A stretch of DNA of 63,037 bases, filler included, from Hyphochytrium catenoides (Eukaryota > Protista > Hyphochytriomycota), in assembly GCA_900088475.1 (NCBI GenBank). It is 8 parts of 8 records of this genome, joined end to end, with 100 filler letters (N's around TTAATTAATTAA, not from the genome) between each part and the next. Parts side by side here need not be neighbours in the genome. Positions count along the whole stretch, not along the records: positions 1 to 13,810 come from FLMG01002880.1; positions 13,911 to 25,783 come from FLMG01004038.1; 6 more parts are not named here. One strand, written 5' to 3'. The position numbers and the translations under genes are program-made. Position 1 is the stretch's first letter, and each line of letters opens with the position of its first letter. The notes beneath the pieces were generated by a model, which searched no databases, was not told the DNA's origin, and was given only the letters and a program-made list of their open reading frames with translations. This document shows positions 9,281 through 23,000 of this stretch, in pieces.

Positions 9281-12200
9281 TTAGTCCGCCTTCTTCCGAT
9301 GTTCCTCGGCCATCTGCGGACTGACGATTCCTTCCTGCGCTTTGGAGATAGCCGCGAACACTTTCTCGCCTACAAGGAGTCGATTCACACAGGGCCGTCA
9401 GCTTAACCGTCTCTACGCTCTTTTAACGAGCGAAGTCAAGGGACGGACAGAGTAGAGCTTCACCTGGTCTACTAAGACGACGACGTGAAAGCTAGAGAGA
9501 TAGAAAGGGAGACAGTTTACCATCCTCTAATATATCGCCCTCCTCTTCCTTGACATGCTCGCCGTCTCTTAGGAGCGCATCTCTCTTGGCCATATAGGAT
9601 GGCCAGTCTATCCGCCTGCAGATAGCACGTTAGAGACCAGCGCGACGTCAAAACGCGCCAACTCTATAGGTGCTGCTCACCTGGCATAATAGAGTTCGCC
9701 TAAATCTTCTTTATGTGCATGGACGAACTCTCTAATGTCTCTTTTCAGGGCAACTCTCTCCTTGGCTAAGAGGTTCTGCTTCTCCCGAAAAGATGGCAGA
9801 AGCCGGAGGAATAATGGGCGTATATCACTAACAGCCAGCATTCCCGCTTCCGTCGTGATGACACCTGCGAGCAGAAGCGACGTAGCGATCGATCTCCATC
9901 AGACCAATATACAGGACACAGCTAAGAGCTTTACTAATGAGGTGCCATTAAGGGAGCAGGGCAAACATGTTTTAAAACAGAGGACGCAAGAGATGGGGCC
10001 AAATCCTGCTCCTTCTCTTACCGAAATAAGAAAACAGCGGGAAGGCCAGGAAGAGCATTAGCACTGCGTTCCATCTAAGTCCTGAGAAGAAATAGAGGAC
10101 AATGGCGTAGAAGATCCATAGCAGGGGCACGCCAACCATGGAGACCAGGATCTTCCGACTCAGCATCACATCGCGTCCGGCAACTTTCACCGTCGATGCT
10201 ACAGCAAAGTAGCGTGAGACACTATGACACATAGCAGACTCTACCAGGAGAAGAGAAAGAAGATAGTAGGCTCTCTGTGCGAAAGGCACCAGTAGCCCCA
10301 AAAAGTTTGTGAACGTATACGATGCCGGGGGGAGAATGGGTTGGATATAGAGGTGTAAGATGGAGCAAGAAAGACGGAGGGGAAGCAACAGAGTGACAGG
10401 AGCGAAATGGCGAGATGGTGAAGACTAAAGGCTCGACGGCGTACCTTTCAGTGCCTTCGCTCTCTCCACATTTGCCGCCCAGCGCGCCACAATGCCGACT
10501 GGCGCATTAAGGAACAATGTGGGCAGGGCAGTCATGCACATAACTCCTATGGCGTACATAAGTCTGTTGGTGACATAGCTTGTGTCGTGCCATCGCACAA
10601 TTGGGACCTATCAGAAATGCTTAGGTACTTAGGCAATTTGCCAAGAACTCGGCGGAACCTCGACATCATGAAGACAAGGATGTCAAAGCGAAAGGGAAGA
10701 GCCGCAAGGAGGCCAAAGCAGGAAGAGAAACGGGTAAGCATCTGCTACGTACGCACAACCATTGCAACATGGAGACTGACAGAGGTAAGGTCAAGAAAGG
10801 AAGAACGCTTACTTGATGGTCCTTTAATGCCAGTTCCTTTAGCTTCTTCCGGTACTCTACGACTCTCTTCTTCAGGTCTAAAAATCGCGGGTCATCTTTG
10901 TACTTCGCCTGCGTCAGATGTCAGCCTTATGGTAAATATTGCGCGCTATACCTCTCCATCCATTCTTTCACCCTACCTGAATCAAGCGGCAGCCCTCTGC
11001 AAAACGACGGTTCATATCTTGGATATAACGAGGGGACCGTGGAATGCCATCGTGCTGATAGCCATCAAGGGAAGGCCAGAGGCGAAGAGCAAACAAGGTG
11101 ATCATTGGCATAGCAAAGTATCCATAAGGACGTTCACTCAGTCACTAACTCTCAGTACACAATCGCGGTATTACTCCTTACCTCATAGAGCTTTCTGGCC
11201 GTATAAACGCCTTGCAGTGTGTCATAATCTGGAGCCGTAACAATGACAGAGCGCATCCCATCCGACACGCGGTCAAGGAATTTGTTCGTGGCAGCCCGCT
11301 TGTCCTTCCTGCATGGCGTCCTTCTTCAGGGATTCTTCTCGTGGGACTGAAGAGTAAGAAGCTCTTACCTGTACTCTTCCATATCCCTTCCGGTCAGGTA
11401 GATAGGCTGACCAAACTCCACGGTAGCCCGCCCGCGGAAGCGGTGGCCGCGGAAATAGTTGAGCCCGACGGGAACAACTGGTACACTATGGACAAGACCA
11501 CAGAGAGGTATCAGATTAGCGCTTTCGTGGAGCTGAAAGGTGCTAGGTCTGCTCGTGTTAACCTGATCTGATACTTCTCCTTTACACCGAAAGCCATTAT
11601 GGCAACTCCTGCTTTTAGCGGGAGAAGGTCTGTCCTGTCGTGGGAGCCACCTTCAGGAAAGATCTAGAAAAAGAACGAGCAGTTAGACTGGCTTTTGAGA
11701 GTCTTTTCTTTACGCTGTCAGGTAACCGACCCCAATGCTGTTGCCGTTTTTCAGGTGACGGTACACTGCATTGAACATTCCGCTCTGGTCAATGTGAGGA
11801 ATCACACTGAAGGGTATGAACTCTTCTGCTTTGACTGGCAACCCCTTGGCCCTCATTAGTGGCTCACTAAGTTGCAAGGTCTCATCGTCCAGCACTTTCT
11901 CCACCTTGACGGCCCTATCGCCAAAAATGGTGAGACAAAGATGGGCAAATAAAAAGGAAACGCGTAGCTTCTCACGGGCCGCTATCCTTCACTGTTCTCC
12001 CTTTGAAGCGGATCATATCCCGCGGCTTGACATCTCTCAGGAACTGAGTGTTCTGCAAAGGTCGATTGATGGTCAGGTAGGTCGACTAGCTCTGCAACTA
12101 ACATTTTATATACCTTGCCCTTCACCATGTAGGTGCCCTCACTGTCACCCTCGACGCAAGTCACCTCCCCTTGGCCTGTAACAGCAAGATCTTGCGGCCG

Positions 12201-13441
12201 AGCGACCGGGATACAGCCTATAATCTTAGCCAAGGCGCCCACGACAGGATGTTCCCATGACTTTTGAGCTATGATGAAGCCGACCTGGCCACACGAGGAC
12301 CATCAAAGGAAGGCAGTTTAGTCCTCTTCTGCATGGTGGCCTGCGAGATACGGAGCAGAAAAAGTCTCCTACCTTCCGTTGACAAGTCATCATGACGATA
12401 ACAGCGTCTGCGAACTGGTTTGCATGGTTGCCTACATTTGGAAGGGAACGAGACAGATCCATCAACCAATTATAGAGGAGACCAGTAACAGTCTAAAGCT
12501 ACTTTAACCCCAAGAAAGCTAGCGAAAGGTGAAATTGGGCCTCCAACGGGGACGAAGAGAAAGCATAGAGAGGCTGGGCACGGGAGAGAGCCAATCTAAG
12601 AGTTGATGACAGCAACCGTCAGAGAATTCCCTTGGAAAAGAAAGATAAGTGAGGCGAAGGTGACGGTTTGCACCAGGACTGGGAGAAGGTGAAATCCCAA
12701 GTAGAGACATCGAGAACGAGAGGTTCTCGACAACATCTTTCTCTATGGCACTGGCCGAGAAGAGGTTGAAGAAAGGAGGACCTTGAAGGCAAAGGACATC
12801 AAACGTTAGCTCCCTACCTGTGAAGATAACAGGGCCTTCCATTGGTATATTGCTGACTCCAACCAGCTCGATCCGCTTAAAGAAGATGCTGAGAATGCTG
12901 TGCAGATAGATTCGCACGCTGAAGTAAATAATATTCCTGAAGTTATTGACTAACAGCAGCAGCAGCAACGAGATGCAGAAGGTTGCGATGACCCCTTCGG
13001 ACTGGCCAGTGATGTCAGCAAACACCTTGACCGGGCTGCCTCACAACAGCAACGGGACGGTCAGAAAGGCAGAAGCAAAAGGTCTTGACAAGCAATGTCT
13101 TTCATATATAACGATGTTCACCACGCAGGTAGACGACAACGAAGAGGGAAAGAGAAGCTTTATACTAGCCTACAAAGAGAAGCAGCAACGGACGGCTCGA
13201 CAGGAGGGTAAAGAGGGAGGAAAAGGAAGAGGGTCGAGCTTCAGCCAAGGGTAGAATTCAGGAGAGACTAAAGGATAGTTAGCAGGGGTGCGGGGAAGAA
13301 GAGCTGCGATGAGAGAGAGCAGAGTACGCACTTGAGCTCATCGACAGAGAGAATGATGACGAAGCTCAGGACAGAGACTTGGACAAGCAGCTCGTTGATG
13401 CCTCCATTGCCGGAGCTGTCGTATAGCTTCATCGACGACAT
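9281..13441 (-). CDS. Glycerol-3-phosphate/DHAP O-acyltransferase, Sct1/Gpt2-like (multi-exon)
   Basis: Spliced GT-AG exons give [11 protein letters not shown] (motif I), [39 protein letters not shown] (motif III), [19 protein letters not shown] (motif IV), TAPDYDTL and [11 protein letters not shown], plus C-terminal TMs. ATG at 13441 with an in-frame stop upstream; TAA at 9281-9283. Confidence 0.88.
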
Positions 13442-13734
13442 CCTGCCCCACTGGTGGTCGGGCCAATTGCCCTGTCAGGCGATAGGAGCTTATTACGAAG
13501 GAAGATTGGTTTTCTGTTGGGGTCCCGGTTCTCCTCCTCTCTGATCTGACCTGTCTCTCGATGGGATGGCTCCTTATCTGGACGTAATCTTCAAGGCAGA
13601 TGAAAAGCTTGATCAATCAATCTTGATGCCTCCGGGTCCAGGTAGTGACGCCAAGTGGCAGGAAGAGGAGCGAGGAGAGAGGAAGAAGCAGAGAGAGGGA
13701 TGTAGAGTGAGAGGGAACGCGGAAGGGTGAGTGT

Positions 13735-13777
<43 letters not shown>

Positions 13778-13810
13778 GAGAGAGAAAATAATAAGAGGAG
13801 AGGGACAGAG

Positions 13811-13910
13811 NNNNNNNNNNNNNNNNNNNNNNNNNNNNNNNNNNNNNNNNNNNNTTAATTAATTAANNNNNNNNNNNNNNNNNNNNNNNNNNNNNNNNNN
13901 NNNNNNNNNN
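13811..13910. other. Artificial scaffold spacer N44-TTAATTAATTAA-N44
   Basis: Identical 100-nt construct occurs 7 times in the window; TTAATTAATTAA gives stops in all six frames. Confidence 0.97.
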
Positions 13911-14140
13911 GACATCGACGTCAGGGAAGGTGCATAGCAGCTGCACGCAGTACCAATTGAAGGAAGCACGGCTCTTGAAGCTGTCGAAGTCCGAAATGCT
14001 CCTGCAATGATCAAAGAAGACCTTCCGAGGCCTCCCTTGGTACTAATTAACCTCGTGCGAACTGCCCATAGCTCTCCACCAGCTCGCAAGGCACGCATGC
14101 GCGACGCGGAGCCAGTTCGTAAGACTGCCCGAGAGAGCAT
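13911..14140 (-). CDS. 5' fragment of a probable mitochondrion-targeted protein, truncated by scaffold end
   Basis: MLSRAVLRTGSASRMRALRAG is R/S/A/L-rich with no acidic residues, like a presequence. The rest of the gene is missing. Confidence 0.35.
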
Positions 14141-16173
14141 GTTTCACGTTTCCTTGTCCCTTAAGCCTATCTACACACTTTCAAAGGACAATAATTGATA
14201 TCTCTATCTTCCGGTTGAAGACCTGGTTCACTCTGCTTTCGTCTTCGATGCTTTCCCTGTCCGCTCTGCTTCNNNNNNNNNCAGACAGAGCACCACTGGA
14301 AGCCCGGTAACGAGCAGCATGGGGATGGAGTTGTGCTTACAAAGTGCTGACAAATCCCTTACAAACTTGTAATATCGGAAGCTATTTTGGGGTCTTTTCG
14401 GCTCCCCAACAAAGTGTCATCACACTTTGTTGATACTTACAGTGAACCTCCAGGAACAGTGGTCGCGCACTTTTTGAAAACTCTGCCCCAGAACCTGCAG
14501 TTTCTTCAGTCAGTTTCCTTTTGGTGGTAGGCTACGGAGAAGAAACATCTTCAAAGTGATACGTGGCTTGTTGAATTCTTCAGCGAAGTCCTCCGGTTAC
14601 CGGTCCGATTCTGTTTGGGGGAACGCCCCAGCTAATAGCGTAGGTCCAACCATTTTATAGAGATGAGGAGTGAACTCATGTAAGTCAAAACCAACAAGAA
14701 ATCTAAGGTGTCAAAGGCAGTTAGAGGCACCACGACGTGAATAGTGAAGTAGGTTATTTCAAGCAAGAAGTCCAGCTCTTATTACTTAGTCCTTATCGAG
14801 GATGATGGACGACTAACCTGAGCATGTTGGGATCGGAGACCAAATGCCTCCATGTGCCCTTACGCTCTTGTCCCCGCTGTTTGCTCTTATGTAGTAGTTT
14901 AGTCCTAGTTAGATTTCTCAACAAAGCGTCGCAGTTACCCGCATCAATGCCATTAAATGGCGTCGAGCCGATGGCATAGCTGATGCACAGTCAAATGGGG
15001 ATTATACACAGTAGCAGCCTCCTCCGTTGCTCGCAGTGTGGTCAGCAACGTACTTAGAGACACCACTTTTCCAGAGAATAGTATCAGATCAGCCTCCCCC
15101 CCCCGGAGTTTTCTGTTGTTCGTTGCTTTCTTTCTGCTCTTGTTGCCCAGATTGATGGCAGAGCGCTAGGGTGGCCATAGCTATTACCGACACTCCTAGT
15201 CATTGTCGTGCGATAAGAGCTTCGCGCTGTCCTTGGAATGCAAGGAGCTCCAATAAGAGGATACGGCGAGGCCTTGTCCTTCGCGGCGAAGTAATTAATG
15301 TAGAAAGAGGAGATGGTGCAGCTTCCATGTTTCCGAAGAGAGGAAACGAGAAGTAAAGCTTTCCTAAGCAGTAACCACCTCAGCTCAATTTTGAGTCTTC
15401 TAACTGCTGGAATGTAGCAGAGCTAAATAAGGCCTTAGATGGAGGACGATGGATGATGGATCTCAGCCACCTAGAAGAGCAGCAGAGCAAATTTCGCCCT
15501 TGATCTCCTCCGTTATCATCGGGCGTTATCATCTTCATCTGTGTCGGTTGACTAATTTCTGCTTCTCTGTTTGTTTTCTGTTGCGCACGGATTCGTAATA
15601 GGGAAACTTCAGATGTAGAATCTAAACGTCAGCGAAGTGTCAGAGCTAGATTTCGGGATGACAGAAAGTGTGATCACAAACTCAGTAAATCTAGCCGTTG
15701 GCCGGCTATATGTGATTGTGAGCAAAGTGTCAGCAAAAGTGACAGCAAGGTGTCAGCCCAACCGCACAGCCGAAAATAAAAAAAATAGGCCGTTTGCGGA
15801 TCCATTTGCTGTTGTTATCAAAGTATCTGTGAAAACGCACTACCCTAATAGTGTTTGTCATCGTTCTCACACATACACGATTCGTGCCTAATGGTTATCA
15901 CTTCTTAGTAATCTTGGACTTGTTTGTCTGTCTCTCACATCATGCGAGCTCTTCAATGAGAATCGCCAATGACGTCAACCAGCTGCTGAGAAGCTCAGTG
16001 CGGCAGGGGATGGCAAAGAGCTTCAGCTCATCTCCATGAAGACTGCTCCAGACCTTTGTCACTTGCGGATAATTGGGCTAGAAGGCAAAGTCTGCACGGG
16101 CCGTCAAGGCTGACCTCGATCTGGCGTTGCGCGCAATTGAAAAGAAGAGCGGAGGAGGGTGCAGTAGGACAGG

Positions 16174-17666
16174 ATGAACACAAAGTTTCAACTAGGAAGC
16201 AAGCTCTTCGTCGCTGCTTCTTCCCAGCCTCGGGGGCAGGACATAGGAAGCCTTACCGCTCAAGCGAGAGACGCCTCCGTGTCCGTTTTGGCGGATGAAG
16301 TCTATGAGGCGGTGGTAGCACCGTCGAGCCGAGCAGCAGCGAAGCAAGTGTGGAGGTTTCAACCCCAAGAGTCAGGCGACGAGTTGGAAGAGCTGTCAAC
16401 ATTCCGGAGAGCTCGGGATATCCTGACACCTCAAGAGGTACAGGAAGCCCAAAGAGTAGCTGAGGCTGCACGCAGAGCAGAAAGGAGAGCTGAGCTAAGA
16501 AGAAGGAAACTCTCAGAGGGCGCAGTAGATGTCACTGAGGCACCAATAGAGCCTGCATCAGGAGAAGAGCGTGCTGAAGCGCAAAGGATAGCGGAGATAG
16601 CGCGTCGAGCAGAAGCCAGAGCTGCACAGAGGGAGAGCGAGCAGGGTGCGGTTCATTGTGAGCATGACGGCACATTTAGAGTCCTTCAGCTTCATTCCGC
16701 TAACGGGGAAGGTTCAGGGATTGTAAGGCCAAGACTTGAACGCGATCCAGACCAAGTAAGGCCGCAAACACACCAGAACAAGAAGACACGAGGGGACGCA
16801 CAGAGAGAGGGGCTAGTTGATATAGAACTGGCCCTTCGTGTGCAGGAAGCTGCTGAGAAAGCAGAGCGGGAGAGCGCAGAGGGCTTCTGGTGCTGCGACT
16901 GCAGCTCTGTGATCAAGAAAGAGACCCGCAGGAAGCATCTATCCTCCACGATTCACCTCTTCAACAAGCAGCTTCCCAGCAAGAGAGCGCAAAGTAAGCT
17001 TGTTACTTCCTGCCTTCGTCTGGGACTCTGTTTTTCTTTCTTCTTCGATGGCCCTTTTGACAAATGACCTAGCCTCTTGCCCTCATACACTATCTGCTGT
17101 TTGAGTCATCCAAGGCTGCTGCGCTCTTTCAAGCTCTATCCATCTTTAAGGGTTTGAACTGGACTTCCTGTGCTTCGCTGTGGGGCTTCTGTCGTTTGAG
17201 ATTAACTCCTTGGTATTTGATGCATACTCATCTTATCTCTTTCTCTTTCTTCTTCACAGTTTGGCTCTCAGAGAGTAACAAGGGCTACCAGCTTTTGGAG
17301 AGGTTGGGTTGGGAAGAGTCTCAGGGTCTTGGCCCTCAGGGAGAGGGGCGGGTCGAACCTGTATCTACACATCTCAAAAGAGATAGAAGAGGTTTGGGTC
17401 TTGGGAGAGAGGTAAAGAGGGTTACGCACTTCCCTCCTCACGACGAGAATGAGGCTTCGCATTCCAAGGATGGCCTCAGTAGCGCTCAGCGAGCGTACAA
17501 AGAGGAGATACATCGGAAAGCTGAACCGCCCTCCATCCACAACATGTCAAGGCAGCGTCGTCGCGAACTGGAGAGGAGAGAAAAAAGGCGAGAGAAGCGA
17601 ATAAGAGCAGAGCTTAGAAATGACAACATCCCGCCCGAGCTCGCGGCGCTCTTCTACGGTAGCTGA
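16174..17666 (+). CDS. G-patch domain protein, GPANK1-like (2 exons: 16174-16993, 17260-17666)
   Basis: Zn-finger-like FWCCDCSS..KHLSSTIHLFN followed by G-patch SNKGYQLLERLGWEESQGLGPQGEGRVEPVSTHLKRDRRGLG. The phase-1 GT-AG intron 16994-17259 keeps the frame. Confidence 0.85.
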
Positions 17667-18045
17667 TCGTCCTCCTCAGCAAGCGGCCTCTCGCTTGCTT
17701 TCTATTTATTGACTCCTCATCACGAGGATTATACTAAGTTTTGGCCAGAGGGGCGAGGGCTTAAGTTGACATAAGCTTTTCGCCTCTTGGAAGTTCCTGC
17801 AGGTCCACGTTGGTGACAGTTTTCAGAGCAGTCTAGCATCCAATTTTGTGTCCTTTCTGCCAGAGATCGTTGGCGGTGCCCATTGCCATAAAGTGGAAGG
17901 TATTAGGGGCTTTATCTTTGCTTTGCCAAGATAACACATGTAGCCGGCATGAGGGGAGATTGAGAGCACTTTAATTCAACATTAGCAGGCCATTCTTCTA
18001 AGTGCTCATCTTGCCTCTACCCATAAGGACTGCACTCGTGCCCAT

Positions 18046-19355
18046 CTAGACAATACGGTCAAGCTCGGTAGCATAGGCCAGAGTATCTGTGATCAGCTTC
18101 ATGGCGGGAATGTCGTGACTGGTTGGCTTGTGCTCGGCAGATTTGAACCAGATCCGGTCCCCTTTTACGGTCCACTCTGGCCGGGTTTCTTTGACAAACT
18201 TGACGAAGTCTGGTTGGCTGTCAAAGAAGAGGAGCTTATGTGCTTCAGAGATCGAAATGGACTGGTAGGCGATTTCTGCGCAATCAGCAAACGCATCTCT
18301 GACAGTGTCTAACAAGGCATCCATGAAGTATTGGAAGAGCTCAAAGGGAACCTTTCTTCGGCTTTCGAGCACCTTTAGACGGAGGAGCATGCAGTTAAAA
18401 GGGATACGGAATCAGAGCCGACCATAGCGATAGAACAACACGGAACGCGATGAACATTAGTTGCTAGAGATGAGTTTGACGTGCAGACACTATAAAGCAC
18501 CAACTAGGAGACCTGGGAGTTCATGACTTCCAACTAAATGTTGATAAGGGACATACCTTTAGATAGGATCCTTCCATAAGATTCTGTTCTAAGCGAACTG
18601 TGAAAGCAATGCACTCGTTTTGCCGATCCTTGTCAGTAAGAGTCTCAAGCTGTTATTACATGTCAACAGTGGCCGCTCAGACAGGGGCCAAGGCATAGGA
18701 GTTTTGACTGCATGTGGTGACGCCATACCTCTGAGTGAAACTCAGCCATACGATTTTCTATCAAAAAATGAAGGAGGCGCATGGCCAAGATTGGAAGACG
18801 AAGCTTCGGCTCTTCCAGCAGTGAGCTAAGAAGATGAGTAGCGTAAGTAGTGAAGAGAGTTGAGCGCTAACTTAAAGTCCAGAGGCGATAGTCCAAACAG
18901 CATAGCGTTGCTTGCTTTACCTGTAATCCGTGTAGAAGATCTTCAGCTGAGCAATATGCCGCTCAAAGGCCGCCAAGTCGTGTGCCTTGACCCCAAGTAT
19001 AGATGCATATTCGAACACAGTGCCTGATGTCACGAGAAGCAAGAACCTCTTAACAAAAGAACCAATCGCAAGAACCACCGATACGGGATCTTACGGGCTA
19101 GGGTAAGTTCCTTCTTTGCGTTGGGAGACGCCGCCGCTCCACCAGGACCAAGAGCCGGGAAGCCAGTCAGGGCAATCTAAGGGTAAAGACACGAGTAAGG
19201 GACAACATAACAGCCCATATGGACGAGGTCTTCTGAACTCTCCTCACTGTCCTTCCTACCTTCAGCTGAGACAAAAGTTTCTGGGCCTCATCTACTTTCC
19301 CTCCGTCCACCAGTGCAATAAATTGCTTAACCTGGCCCTCTACGGCATCAGCCAT
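18046..19355 (-). CDS. RPN12: 26S proteasome lid subunit Rpn12/PSMD8 (multi-exon)
   Basis: MADAVEGQVKQF.., AFERHIAQLKIFY, LEQNLMEGSY, YFMDALLDTVRDAFADCAEIAY and the C-terminal TLAYATELDRIV*. GT-AG introns. Confidence 0.92.
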
Positions 19356-20094
19356 TATACCTATTGCCGGAAATCTCCACACGTCTCACCACGCAGCAAA
19401 TAGGAGCTCAGCCAAGAACGTGCTCAGTAGGAGAATAAACTATACTGTCACCAATGGCATCAAGCCTCACCCTCAACTGTCAACTAGCCGTCTGTTCAAG
19501 CTCTGAATATGTCTCAAGGTCCTGAGATCGCTCAATCAGTCTGCAGACTCGTCAAAAGATCTTCTGCTTTTTGGGATGAAGTTCGATCGTCGTCGCCCGG
19601 CGGCACTTCGCCTTCCTTATTTCGCAACTTTTCATAGTATCTTGACAAGGCCATGCCATAATTGACAATTAACAGGCTACAAAGCTGTGAAATAAGCTTC
19701 ATTCCGTCAACAAAGAAGCTATACTTGCCGTAAATTCACAACGTGCTGTTTGGTTGTGAAGGACAAGGTCTGAGGATGGAGATTGTCTGTGGCCTAACAT
19801 TCATAACAATGGAATAGGCAATCTTCAGAACTCTGTCTCGTTCTAATGAAGACCTCGCCATTGGAGCTCGCATCGGAGTGTCAATGACCTTGATCAAGGT
19901 TCAGACCTCTGAGCCATTGGATATGCTATTCTTCGGTTAGCGCTAAGGCCCAGGTCCTGTGTCTTCGAATTTACTGAGCAGGAAGTGGTGCTGCAGTACT
20001 CTGTGCAAGAAGAGAGCTAGCCTGGGTTTATAACCCGTCAAAGGAGATATTTGAAAGCAACTCTATAGCGTACCGTTCAACAAGATCAGCCAAA

Positions 20095-23000
20095 ATGTCG
20101 TCTAGAGGGAGGGTAGTGCAGGTCTGGCTAATTGACTTTGGGTCTGAGAGTCTTCTTGCAGTTTTGATATAGCTCCTATCCTTGTCAACATCGACTCACT
20201 CTAGCTGCTGCATCCAGAACTTTTTCTCGACTCTCTCGATGTCCGGCTTGCTATCTTCTTATTCTCTTTTCATCCTTAACAATTTGACATGCTAATCTCT
20301 TTCGTCCTGCGATCTCCTTAGGTGCGCAATCGCGCGCCAGCGCCCATACAAATCACAGCGGAGCAGATCCTTCGGGATGCCAAAGACCGCATCGATGAAA
20401 CTCCTAAGCCCCCTGATCGCCGCATTACCGATGAGGAGGAACTCAAACAGTACCGACTGTTTCGACGAAAAGAGTTCGAGGACTCTATTAGGCGACAGCG
20501 CATGCATATTGGTACCTGGATGAAGTACGCTGCTTGGGAGGAGAGCCAGCATGAGTTTGACCGGGCCCGCTCCGTATACGAACGAGCGCTAGATGTGGAC
20601 TATAAGAATACCACTGTGTGGCTGAAATATGCAGAGGTGAGGATGCCACTGGATCTTGTCTTCATATACGCTGCGTTCTTCAGACCAGACAAAGCTGTTT
20701 CGTGTAGTGAAAGGCGAAAGGGGAAGATAGTTTGAGAAGAGAGAGAAAACGTAGACGTAAGGCCTTTACAAGGAGGGAAGGCGGATTGGCCCATATTCCT
20801 GAGCGTATCATAGCTTCAAAGAGGTTATAGTTGACGCTTGAGAAATGGGACAGCCTATAGGAGATGATAGGGAGACAGCTGAGTTAGCACTAGGTAGCTA
20901 TCATCCTCCTTCGCATACCAGCAGAAGTAAGAGGAGAAAGCCCTCTGCCGTGCGACTGACAGCACGCCGTGCAGATGGAGATGAGAAACAAGTTTGTGAA
21001 CCACGCTCGGAATGTGTGGGACCGGGCCGTCACACTTCTCCCCAGGGTGGATCAGCTGTGGTAAGGGTTGCGTCATGACGCTTGTCTTTATCGATCCGCT
21101 TATTTGGTTCCTCTTTCTCTCTTCCTTTCTCTGTCGCTGGACATTGTGCACTTATGCTTGGCCTTGCCTTCAATATCACACACCTTAGGTACAAGTATAC
21201 ATACATGGAGGAGATGCTAGGAAACATAGCTGGGGCGCGGCAGGTCTTTGAGCGATGGATGCAGTGGGAGCCAGATGACCAGGCTTGGTACTCCTTCATC
21301 AAGGTGAGGAAATTCTAAGACTGCATGGGATTCATCCATTGCCGAGAGGTCATTCAAAAGAGAAACCGGCAAGATGACTTTGGTCGAGCTGAGGGAAAAG
21401 AGGAAATGTACTAAGTCTTAAACCCACAGATGGAAATGAGAGCAGGCGAATTTGACCGGGCCAGGCACCTGTATGAGCGCTACATCGCGGTACATCAAAC
21501 CCTCCGTGGGTACCTCAAGTTTGCCAAGTGGGAGGAGAAGCAAAGGAATCCACAGAATGCCAGGAAGGTGTACGAAAGAGCGCTTGTTGAGTTACCAGAC
21601 GNNNNNNNNNNNNNNNNNNNNNNNNNNNNNNNNNNNNNNNTCCGGTGGCCTTCTGACCTTCATGTCTGCAGACTGAACAGCTCTACATTGAGTTCGCTCA
21701 CTTCGAGCAAAGGCATCGTGAACAAGAGGTACATCATCGCTCTCTGTAGCCATTGTCGGAGTTATATATAGAGTTGATCCGGGGCTAAGTCTGTCGCTTG
21801 CTTGTGGATTGCTATGTCAAATGCTGTTTGAAGAATCTCGTTCTTTTCTTTGTCGCCGTACTCTGTGCAAGTTTAAGCCCCTGACGATGATGAGACTTAG
21901 GTCATCGCACATCGCTGTCTTTGTGAGTCTGTGGCACTAGTTCTCCTTTGACTTCTACTTCTTCCGCATCGACCATAGCGCGCTCGCGTCATCTACAAAT
22001 ATGCGCTAGACAATATTCCGAAACATCTAGCTGAGGACCTCTATAAAGAGTTTGTCGCCTTTGAGAAGCAGTTTGGAGACCGTCAGGGAATTGAGGACGT
22101 CATCATTTCGAAGAGGAGGTTTCAGTATGGTAGGGCCAAAAGCTCTCCTCTCTGTGGGCTCCTATCAGAGCGTAGCCCCAAGCGGCGGAGGCCCCGTTAA
22201 CCTCCTCACTTAGTCTTATTAAGTCTTCGGCGCCGTGGGCTGCAAGGGTTGGCTTTTCTTTGGATCCAGATGCTTTTGGGTCTTGGCGTTGAAATCGTAA
22301 CCGCTGACTTACATCACCCTTACTGACCTTACCTTTTCACAGAGGAGGAGATCAAGAAGAACTCTCACAACTACGAAGTATGGTTTGACTATGTTCGTTT
22401 AGAAGAGGCCGATGGAGATCATGCGAAGATTAGAGAGGTATACAGTTAGCAGAAGCTTTAGCTTTATCTCTAGGCAGTACTTTCGTTTTCTTTGTGAGGC
22501 TAACTCACTCACCTCCTATCTATTGTCAGGTGTATGAGAGAGCCATTGCGAATGTTCCTCCCGTCCAGGAGAAGAAATATTGGATCCGCTACATATATTT
22601 ATGGATAAATTATGCGATCTTTGAGGAGTTAGAGGCACAGGACGTAGAGCACACGAGAGAAGTCTATCAAGCTTGCATCAAGTAAGCTTTTCATCTCTTC
22701 GGCAGTCGTTACTGATGCATTGTTTGCATTGCAGAACCCTCGTTGCTCTCCTGATTTATGGTCAAAATCAGTTCGCGATCTGGCTAACCACGTCTCTCTT
22801 TTGGCAAACTATTTCCCCCTTTCATTGACCACCAGGCTAATCCCTCACAAGAAGTTCACGTTCTCAAAGATATGGATAATGTTTGCCCATTTTGAGGTCC
22901 GGCAGAAGAACTTGGAGGCGGCGCGAAAGATTCTGGGGACTGCCATTGGTCTGTGCCCCAAAGAGAAGATCTTCAAGAGCTATATACAGCTCCAATGGAT

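Noticed and set aside
13855-13866. Palindromic TTAATTAATTAA repeated seven times
   Set aside because: Always centred in exactly 44+44 Ns. It is a synthetic six-frame-stop contig linker, not biology.
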